DNA of 64,000 nucleotides. Source: a virus. The stretch is taken from the IMG/VR virus record IMGVR_UViG_3300030061_003170. One strand, 5' to 3'. Position numbers and translations under genes: made by a program. Within the stretch, counting starts at the first letter, position 1. The number at the start of each line of letters is the position of its first letter. The notes below the pieces were generated by a model that searched no databases, had not been told where the DNA came from, and worked only from the letters and a program-made list of their open reading frames with translations. Below, one piece after another: positions 56,490-64,000 of this stretch.

Positions 56490-57254
56490 TTATTCTGTTA
56501 CTGTTACTAAATTTCTCATCAAAACAGCATCTACTCTGTGAGTGTAAACATAGAATCTCAAAGGCTGGTTTGGATCAAAATTAGAATTGAAAGTAGAATT
56601 GTTACTAACTGTGACACGATCAGTATAATAGTTATGCGTGGTGTTGTATGTCTGCCATTTAACAGTTAGATTCCCGCTGCCATCTTTTGAGAACCTAACA
56701 GCCGAGGTGTTAAGAAAACTAACACTAGTGCCAATCTGAGTTCTATTTTTCGTATAAATACGACCATTGTTGCTTCCGTTTCGTTGATCTAACCACAGAA
56801 CCGAGTTTCTTTCAACGTCAGCGTATTGGAATGACTCTAGATCGTCCTGAGCCATAAAGCCATAATAGGCACCTTTGCTTTCAACTCCAAATCTAATGAC
56901 AAGGTCTGTGTTATTTGATATGCTAGCAATACTTGGTAGAGGAGCGGTTAGAAGCGCATAGATTTGATCATCGTTACCGTTTGGAAACTTGTCTGCTCTA
57001 ATTCTGTAGATGCCACCACCTTCATCTTCATACTCATATGTCTGATCTGACTGAGGGCTTTGTATAACTTGGTTTAGGTATGATTGGTTTTGCACGCCTT
57101 GCATGACCACCATTGCACCATACTGCTCAATACCAGCACCACCGCCACTATCAGGTGTTAAGCCGTCAACCTTCTCAATGCTATCAGCGCTAATGCCTTG
57201 TATCTTACTTAAGTTATCAAGACTAATATCAATTATTTTTGTAAAATCAGGCAT
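56490..57254 (-). CDS. Virion structural protein, hypothetical
   Basis: Beta-rich ORF coupled to upstream gene. Confidence 0.55.
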   Translation of the reverse strand: MPDFTKIIDISLDNLSKIQGISADSIEKVDGLTPDSGGGAGIEQYGAMVVMQGVQNQSYLNQVIQSPQSDQTYEYEDEGGGIYRIRADKFPNGNDDQIYALLTAPLPSIASISNNTDLVIRFGVESKGAYYGFMAQDDLESFQYADVERNSVLWLDQRNGSNNGRIYTKNRTQIGTSVSFLNTSAVRFSKDGSGNLTVKWQTYNTTHNYYTDRVTVSNNSTFNSNFDPNQPLRFYVYTHRVDAVLMRNLVTVTE

Positions 57255-57814
57255 TACAATTCTATCCAGGTACTTGATGGATTAAAGTAAATAACATTAG
57301 ATGTGTTTGTACAATACCCAACAATTCTTACATAGTCTCCTCCACCACTTGGTGCTGTGGTGTCCATACCACCAGCGGTTGCACTAATGTAAACAGCCTT
57401 TCCGGCAGAGAAGTTTGATAGGTAACTGTGAGCATCAAACATTCCTCTAATTAAAACACCCGCCCCAGCAGGATCTGACCCTAATGCAATTCCCAACAAC
57501 TGATCTGCACCGGATGCTACAGCATCAGCATCTACTTCTGTCCATGCTGAACTGCCGTTAAGATAATACAATTTTCCAGCGGTCAATGTACCAGATCCAA
57601 ACTTTACAATTTCACCCATACCAGCATCATTCGCAAGTTGTGCTGGGTCATAGTAGGTGCTTGTCCCGGCATTTTTAACCTGAAACCTTAGTGAGCCACT
57701 TGTTTCTAAATCAATTTGATCCTCGCCGAAATCTATTTGTGTATTTCTCTCAGCATCATCTGCTGCCTTAAGGTCTCCAATTACTTGAGCACCTTTTGAA
57801 TAATTGTATCCCAT
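57254..57814 (-). CDS. Virion structural protein (capsid cement/fibre-like)
   Basis: LLGIAL...GKAVYIS...TAPS...VRIVGY...IYFNP. Confidence 0.65.
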   Translation of the reverse strand: MGYNYSKGAQVIGDLKAADDAERNTQIDFGEDQIDLETSGSLRFQVKNAGTSTYYDPAQLANDAGMGEIVKFGSGTLTAGKLYYLNGSSAWTEVDADAVASGADQLLGIALGSDPAGAGVLIRGMFDAHSYLSNFSAGKAVYISATAGGMDTTAPSGGGDYVRIVGYCTNTSNVIYFNPSSTWIEL

Positions 57815-57853
57815 CTGGTTATCCTCCGTAGATTACGTAATAAATAGAAATGT

Positions 57854-57886
57854 AAAAAGAAAAACGGACAACCCGAAGGTTGTCCG
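57854..57886 (-). terminator. Intrinsic terminator with UUCG loop
   Basis: CGGACAACC-TTCG-GGTTGTCCG then TTTTTCTTTTT. Confidence 0.9.
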
Positions 57887-57925
57887 CCCAAGTAAAACTT
57901 GTAGGGAATAATCCCAATCCGAAGA

Positions 57926-60013
57926 TTAGAATACTCTCCAAATGTCATTAGCAACATACACTAATTCAACAGCAGCAAATGGTGACTCAAGACGAATTGA
58001 GGCAGCGCCATCAATTAGTTGAGAACCAGCACGGTTGATTGTAATGTAACGCGCAACTGAGCAGTCAGATGGAGCCTTAACTTTAACTGATTGTCCTACA
58101 GAAGGAGAAGCAGGAAGAGTTACAGCATCTTCACCATCAGCACCCATTGCAGAGAAGTAGTTAACTCCAACAACAAGAGTACCAGCAGCAGCAACATTCT
58201 GAACCACAGCAGCAGCATCAGACATGTATACTTTGAGGCTGTCAAGCCCAATCTTCTTAAGTGTTCCACCATCAGAGATTAACATCTCATCAGCATCAAC
58301 AGCAGCACCAGAAGCCAACTCGGTTTGACCAGAGATAACGTTGTCGTTAAGCATTCCGCTTTCAACAGCATCATTAGCAATAGTCAAAGCACCACCAGCA
58401 GCGATAGTAGCATCACCACTAACATTTCCGAAGATAGAATCTTCGAAGTTAGAGAAGGTGATTTTCTTGGTAACATTACTTCCGTCAGCATCAACGACAG
58501 CAAGGCTGTCTGCTTGAGCAACAGCAGTCAAAGAAGCACCAAGGCCATTAAGGCTAACTTCCAACTGACCACTACCATTTGCAACCAATCCATCAGATGC
58601 CAAGTAGTCACCAATTTTGTTGATAGAAGTTTGCTTCATAGTTCCATTGTCATTATGCAAGAAACCATCACCAGATGCAAGAGCAGTAGTTCCAACTGTT
58701 GAGCCTCCATCAAGAAGAGCAAATTCAGCAGCAGTTACAGCAGCAGAAGCATCAGTAGCAGCACCAGCAATAGCAGGAATGAAGTAAGATCCAGCACTCA
58801 ATGTTGGTAATGTAAGAGTAGTATCAGCCGCTGGAGCGCCAGAACTAAGTACAGTCTCGTGAGCATCAGCAGGTCCTTCAAAAGTGAAAGAACTGGTAAT
58901 GTTGATTGTGGTTGAGTTAACAGAAGTAACAGAACCGTTTACAGTCAAGTTTCCACCAACAGTAAGGTGACCAGTTGTAGAAATAGTATCGTCAGACTGG
59001 TTACCGAAAGTGATATCACCACCAAGATCAACATTGAAGTCAAGTTTGTTAGCAGCGATTGCAGCACCAGTAGCAACAGAAGCATTGACAACAGCGTTTG
59101 CGGCCAACTCGTCAGCACCAACAGCATCATCAGCAAGCATGCTGTTTTCAACTGCTTGAGCAGCAATAGTCAAAACACCAGCATCTGAAGCAGTAGCATC
59201 ACCACTCATAGCAGCGTAGATGTACTTCTTAACACGAGACAAAGCAGACTTGCGGTTAGTACCACCAGCACCATCATCAACAATCATCAAGTCAGCATCA
59301 ACAAGATCAGCACCGATATCGGTAGAACCGTCGATGTCAAGTTTATCAGCCTTAAGAGCGCCATCAACAACAGAAGCGTTAACAACTGCATTTGAAGCCA
59401 ACTCATCAGCACCAACAGCATCATCAGCAAGCATTGCGTTTGTAATACCCTGAGCCTTAACACGAAGAGCATCAGAATTCAATTCGATAGAACTGTCATC
59501 AACTCCAACAGCAAAAACACCAGAAGAAGCAGCAAGTCCGTTACCAGCCATTGCAGTAGCAAGGTCAGCAATAGTATCAGTCTTAGCAAACCCATCAGCA
59601 TCTTTGAAAACAAGAGCATCAGATCCAACTGCAATAGCAGTATCAGAAAGGTTCTGAAGATCAAGTCCACCAGCACCAACAACAATCTCAGCAATAGTTG
59701 CAGTACCGCCAGCCATGGTCAAGTTTCCACCAAGACTCATGTTTGCAGAACCAGAGATTGCCTTAAGAAATTCTACTTGCTCAGCACCGTCAGCAGTGCT
59801 TGCTCTCATGTAGATGTTTGAACTCTCTTTAATAACAAAAGCAGTGCTTCTATTATCAGTCATGTTGATTTCCATGTCATTGCCATCAGCAGAGATAGAA
59901 TCTAGTGCGATGTCAGCGACATTCGTAATGTTCGAATCACCAGCATCGAGACCATGCTCGGCAGTGATCGAACCGGAAGCAACGAATGCTCCCAATTGAA
60001 ATTTATAAGCCAT
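57926..60013 (-). CDS. Fibre-like structural protein with internal repeats
   Basis: A/D/G/S-rich; start MAYKFQLG with GGAGG; C-terminal VTLPASPSVG...IDG fibre-type domain. Confidence 0.75.
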   Translation of the reverse strand: MAYKFQLGAFVASGSITAEHGLDAGDSNITNVADIALDSISADGNDMEINMTDNRSTAFVIKESSNIYMRASTADGAEQVEFLKAISGSANMSLGGNLTMAGGTATIAEIVVGAGGLDLQNLSDTAIAVGSDALVFKDADGFAKTDTIADLATAMAGNGLAASSGVFAVGVDDSSIELNSDALRVKAQGITNAMLADDAVGADELASNAVVNASVVDGALKADKLDIDGSTDIGADLVDADLMIVDDGAGGTNRKSALSRVKKYIYAAMSGDATASDAGVLTIAAQAVENSMLADDAVGADELAANAVVNASVATGAAIAANKLDFNVDLGGDITFGNQSDDTISTTGHLTVGGNLTVNGSVTSVNSTTINITSSFTFEGPADAHETVLSSGAPAADTTLTLPTLSAGSYFIPAIAGAATDASAAVTAAEFALLDGGSTVGTTALASGDGFLHNDNGTMKQTSINKIGDYLASDGLVANGSGQLEVSLNGLGASLTAVAQADSLAVVDADGSNVTKKITFSNFEDSIFGNVSGDATIAAGGALTIANDAVESGMLNDNVISGQTELASGAAVDADEMLISDGGTLKKIGLDSLKVYMSDAAAVVQNVAAAGTLVVGVNYFSAMGADGEDAVTLPASPSVGQSVKVKAPSDCSVARYITINRAGSQLIDGAASIRLESPFAAVELVYVANDIWRVF

Positions 60014-60103
60014 ATATTTTTCCTCCATTAATATAATATTATGACAAGATGCAAATGCCAACTAGTGACAAGTTACATCTCGCAATAAATAGTATTTTAG
60101 TTG

Positions 60104-61201
60104 TCAATAAACAAAGAATTTATTGCTACCATTGGTGTAAATGTTCACAGCAGCATAGGGCGATTCCAAGATAATTGACGTTCGTCCATCAATAGTATCA
60201 GATCCGGCTGTCCTAATTGTTATGTTAAAATTATTTGAATTACCTGCCTCATCTTTGATTGTAAAGTTTGCGCCACTAGAGAACCCAGATGCAGCAGGAA
60301 GTCTTATATCAAGTGCAGCAGATGCAGAAACACCAAGTATCCGATCATTGACAGATGACGTTGTTGTCGATGTCACCGCAGTTCTAGAGAAAACGGCAGA
60401 GGATAATGTAACGGTCACATCGTTACCGCTGTTAGAAGCAGCAACAGAAGCCCCAACAAAGTTTAAACTAGCGGCTGCTGTTGTTATATTAGAGCCTTCA
60501 TCTTTAACGATTAGGCTACCACCGGCAGAAGATGAGATGTCTGTTAATTTCTCATTAAGATACTTTCCAGTATAAATATAAGCAGATGCAGTCACTGGTA
60601 TTGTGGAGGAGTTGTAATCCTGTATAAAGATAACTCCGGAGTAATAATCAACTTGCCAATCAACTGTATCGCCACTTGTAATTTCATTGGCGGCATTTGT
60701 TGGATCACCCTTGTATAACTTAAGGAAATACTTGTTGGGACTAGCATTTGAAATAAGAGGGGGTACCAACTGTAAAGAACCACGAGAGTCATAGACTCTC
60801 TTACTGTTAACAAAAGAACCAGTGCCTCTTTGAGGATTTGATGAAGTAGTTTGGTAATTTGCTGGTAATTTGAGATAGTATCCGTGAGCACCGCTTGTTG
60901 AAGACTCGTCACCACCTCCACCAGAAACATTTGCATCATAGATTGTATCTGAAAGAGACACTACATCTAAATAAACTCTCTCAACAGTCCCAGGGTCGTT
61001 TGCAGATGCACTCTGAACAACAAAGAAAGTATCACCAGGACTGTTTGGAATGGTCTCCGCAAACACACCATCAGATGGCATTGATACGTTTGATGGAATA
61101 GCCTCGTTAACGTCCCCCTTTAAGTTGGACGTGTGTGCTTTACCAAGAAGTTTCTTGGCGGCAAATTGCGTTGATGTTAAGTTAGTTTTTCCCGTACTCA
61201 T
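60104..61201 (-). CDS. Virion structural protein
   Basis: WQVDYYSG; C-terminal IKDEAG...TIDG...LESPYAAV domain shared with the 57926 protein. Confidence 0.7.
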   Translation of the reverse strand: MSTGKTNLTSTQFAAKKLLGKAHTSNLKGDVNEAIPSNVSMPSDGVFAETIPNSPGDTFFVVQSASANDPGTVERVYLDVVSLSDTIYDANVSGGGGDESSTSGAHGYYLKLPANYQTTSSNPQRGTGSFVNSKRVYDSRGSLQLVPPLISNASPNKYFLKLYKGDPTNAANEITSGDTVDWQVDYYSGVIFIQDYNSSTIPVTASAYIYTGKYLNEKLTDISSSAGGSLIVKDEGSNITTAAASLNFVGASVAASNSGNDVTVTLSSAVFSRTAVTSTTTSSVNDRILGVSASAALDIRLPAASGFSSGANFTIKDEAGNSNNFNITIRTAGSDTIDGRTSIILESPYAAVNIYTNGSNKFFVY

Positions 61202-61210
61202 TTATTTGCC

Positions 61211-64000
61211 TTAATAAGAGATGTTTATCCTAGATAAATATCCTGTCCAATCTTTGTGTGCTGTAATTTTTACAATTACATACTGATTATTTCTAATTTG
61301 TTTCTGTTGAAGTTGAAGTTGGAAACTATTACCATTAGCATCAACTGTTTGATCTAGTCCAGATCCGCCACCACCATAAACACCAACACCATCAGTGTTT
61401 GGTTGAACTCCTGCAGAGTACGGCTTGACAGCATCACTCCATGCAGTAGATGTATCATCGCCACCTGTAAATGATGGATCAAATGGGACTTTTATTTCTA
61501 CATTAATTAACTTGTTCGCACCTAGTGTGCCTGTATAGAAAGCACCAGACTTAGCAACTATTGTTGCATCACCATAAAGTTGTAGTGTTGGTGTTGCCGA
61601 TGATACACCGGTTTGGTTCCGGAAATATCTGTAGAACGTTCTGGTAGCCTTTGTTAAAGATGAATAGTTTGGGTTGTTTGCTGGTGCTTGTAAGATTCCG
61701 CCGTTAGCAACATTTCTCGTATCGCCAGCGTTTCCAATTTTCAATGGAGAAATGGCGTAACCATTCACTGTAACCATACCATCACAATAAGTAGCATAAT
61801 TGTCATTGTCATTAACAGAAATTGTAGAATTCCAAGCATTACCACCAGAGGTTACATGTGACTGAGACACATAGTTTCCAGATACAATTCTGTAGGCTTC
61901 ATTATTAAAGTATTCATTAGTGTTCAAATTTGTGGATCCAAGAGAGCCAGAATAAACCATAAAAGCGGTTTTTGAATATGTTGTCGTCGTGAGGTTTGTT
62001 TTTAATGGATGAACCACCGTTGAGGCAACTGCTATATCATAAGCAGTGAACAAACTAAGACCTTCCTTAATACTGGTTAAGTTATCAAATAATACTGTTC
62101 CAGTTATTTGAATATCTTTAGCCTCGCAACCTGCACTATTATTAAGAGAAGGAAGCGCAACTGCTGCCGCTGAGGTTTCTGCATCATTGATACCAGTTCC
62201 AATAATTTTAATTTTTGTAACAGAAGAGTTGGTTGTTGTTCCATAGGATACAGCAGTTGAAGAGTTTGAGTAGACATTAGAATAAACCTGAGAGGCTATG
62301 TACTTGAAACTGGCACTTGGCCTACTAGCAAAGTATCCGACACCTGATTGATAATATTTATTACCATGGTCAAAATTATCCATAACAGCAGACGAAGAGG
62401 CCATAGCGACTGTTGATCCGGATGGGTCATTAACCCAGTCAACATAGTTGGTAGTAGTATTTGACCCGCCAATTCTGTGTATTACTCTCGCATAGTTCCA
62501 ACCATTCCTTTGATCGTTGTTTCCAACAGTATAAGTTCCCGTCCTATAGTTCTTGGTGTAATCAGGAATTCCGTCTGTAGTTTCAGAGAAACTTAGAGCG
62601 TTTAAAGCAAAACCAGATCCATTACCATTTGTGCTATTTATTGTGCCAACTGAACTGTTTAAATTTACAGTATGTAATTCACTACCATTAACTTCTATTA
62701 CTAATGATCCAGTGTACGCATCTTTAAAAGAGTTAGCAAGATAATTGTTTCCGTTAGCGCCAACATCTTCATTTAAGTTTCCATCTATCACTCTTACAGA
62801 TTGGAAAGCACCGCGCTGATCCCCAGAAATAGAAAACGTAGCATTTGAATCCAAGTTAGATGCTCCAATTGATGACCTGGTTGCATTTGAATAACCAACA
62901 ACACCATTTGTTGCACCAAAGGATAGTTTCACTGTTGAACCAACATCATTGCCATCAATATCATCAAGTGCCGGCGCCTCTGTAGGAGCAGAAACATCAG
63001 ATGCTCCAAACTGAAAATTAATCTGCGAGAAGTTACCGGTCCACCCAGCATCAGCAATCATCTTGACAACAATGTATTCGTTATTCGCAATGCTTTGTGT
63101 ACCAAATGTTACACAATGCACAGCATTTGAATTTACTGTCCCACCAGTATTTGAGTTGTCATCAGCACCATTTATTAAGGCGCCGGCACCATTACTATAA
63201 GTTCCAAATGAGAAATTCTGAGATACGTCCATAAACCCTGTGGCGCCCGGAAGTTTCACAAACATCTGAACATTATTGGTTGTAAGAGAATCATTATTTA
63301 TTCTGCTGCTCTTAGTTGTTGTGATTTTCAAGTCTCTCTTGGTTGCACCAGAAGTGTTCTGAACTTTTCTAAAATAAGTCCGTGTCCCAGACACACTAGA
63401 ATAGTTAGGCTGACCGCCGTAAGCATTACCAGGGCCAGTAAAGTTACCGTTTGTAATTCCTGTCCCAGAAGTGTTCTTTGGTGATTGTATTTTTTGAGCA
63501 AAAACCAACAGTCCATTTGCGTGATCCGACCCAGTCATATGAGAGCCAGAGAACCAAGTTGCTGATGTTACTGCTGACTGGTTTGCAAAAGACCCAGATG
63601 GCAAACGGAACGCTTCACTAGTAAACCGCTCTGACAAATTAGTTGTATTATTTGTAATATTATCCAGCAAGATTCCACTACCAGTTGCAGGACCAACACC
63701 AGTTTGAGTTTTAAATGGGTGAGAAACTGCAATTTGATTCGTGAAAGATGTGCCATAATAAGTTGTTGCAGTGTTTGTAAAACTGGCAGTTAATAAAATC
63801 TGCTTAGTGTAATCTTCTGACCCTCCAATTGCTGGAGGAGTTTGAGCGTTGGAAGATCCAAAATTAGAAGAGAAAGTTATTACGCTTCCTGTAGGATAAG
63901 TATTTCTATAGAAATTTGAAATCTGTGTATTGTAAACTGGGGCAGCAGAAGTATGATACCTAACACCAGATAAATACTTGTTGCCTGAGAGGCCCAAGGA
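61211..64000 (-). CDS. Large S/T/N/G-rich virion protein (5'-truncated by window edge)
   Basis: Open frame to the window end; two related halves (RT(Y/F)..R...N motifs). Confidence 0.7.
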   Translation of the reverse strand, partial: SLGLSGNKYLSGVRYHTSAAPVYNTQISNFYRNTYPTGSVITFSSNFGSSNAQTPPAIGGSEDYTKQILLTASFTNTATTYYGTSFTNQIAVSHPFKTQTGVGPATGSGILLDNITNNTTNLSERFTSEAFRLPSGSFANQSAVTSATWFSGSHMTGSDHANGLLVFAQKIQSPKNTSGTGITNGNFTGPGNAYGGQPNYSSVSGTRTYFRKVQNTSGATKRDLKITTTKSSRINNDSLTTNNVQMFVKLPGATGFMDVSQNFSFGTYSNGAGALINGADDNSNTGGTVNSNAVHCVTFGTQSIANNEYIVVKMIADAGWTGNFSQINFQFGASDVSAPTEAPALDDIDGNDVGSTVKLSFGATNGVVGYSNATRSSIGASNLDSNATFSISGDQRGAFQSVRVIDGNLNEDVGANGNNYLANSFKDAYTGSLVIEVNGSELHTVNLNSSVGTINSTNGNGSGFALNALSFSETTDGIPDYTKNYRTGTYTVGNNDQRNGWNYARVIHRIGGSNTTTNYVDWVNDPSGSTVAMASSSAVMDNFDHGNKYYQSGVGYFASRPSASFKYIASQVYSNVYSNSSTAVSYGTTTNSSVTKIKIIGTGINDAETSAAAVALPSLNNSAGCEAKDIQITGTVLFDNLTSIKEGLSLFTAYDIAVASTVVHPLKTNLTTTTYSKTAFMVYSGSLGSTNLNTNEYFNNEAYRIVSGNYVSQSHVTSGGNAWNSTISVNDNDNYATYCDGMVTVNGYAISPLKIGNAGDTRNVANGGILQAPANNPNYSSLTKATRTFYRYFRNQTGVSSATPTLQLYGDATIVAKSGAFYTGTLGANKLINVEIKVPFDPSFTGGDDTSTAWSDAVKPYSAGVQPNTDGVGVYGGGGSGLDQTVDANGNSFQLQLQQKQIRNNQYVIVKITAHKDWTGYLSRINISY

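Noticed and set aside
1-64000. Plus-strand ORFs in the ORF track
   Set aside because: All are antisense shadows of well-supported minus-strand genes, with no SD or recognisable motifs
1-64000. Stop-codon reassignment
   Set aside because: Conserved genes are full length in the standard code, and TAG/TGA end genes at expected positions
1-64000. CRISPR array or diversity-generating retroelement
   Set aside because: No regularly spaced repeats, no reverse transcriptase and no TR/VR pair seen

Overview
This 64-kb window is part of a large, AT-rich myophage genome with T4-like structural proteins. Essentially every credible gene is on the minus strand, in the standard genetic code. The right half (about 32.7-64 kb) is the virion module: fibre-like proteins, scaffold, gp23-type major capsid, neck, tail terminator, sheath, two tail tubes, tail chaperones, tape measure and baseplate. 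The left half (1 to about 32.7 kb) carries replication, nucleotide-metabolism and host-takeover genes: DnaE, a minimal PolA, DnaB-type helicase, 5'-3' exonuclease, RecA, gp32-like SSB, class II RNR, ThyX, dUTPase, GMP reductase, cytosine deaminase, UvsE, GroEL/GroES/J-domain/ClpP, a degenerate tubulin, histone-like proteins, lipoproteins and scattered lysis genes. Two promoter classes are readable. One is sigma70-type (TTGACA/extended -10), often embedded in hairpins or terminators. The other is a candidate late motif, ACTATTTA. The most notable candidates are: (1) a structured late leader just downstream of the capsid gene, with two kissing-loop hairpins and an anti-Shine-Dalgarno segment (a riboswitch-like or pRNA-like element); (2) a PolA-HNH-tubulin locus; (3) a +1 frameshift candidate in the tail chaperone pair; (4) an envelope-spanning protein with an internal start. 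Product calls are from motif recognition by eye; no database searches were run.
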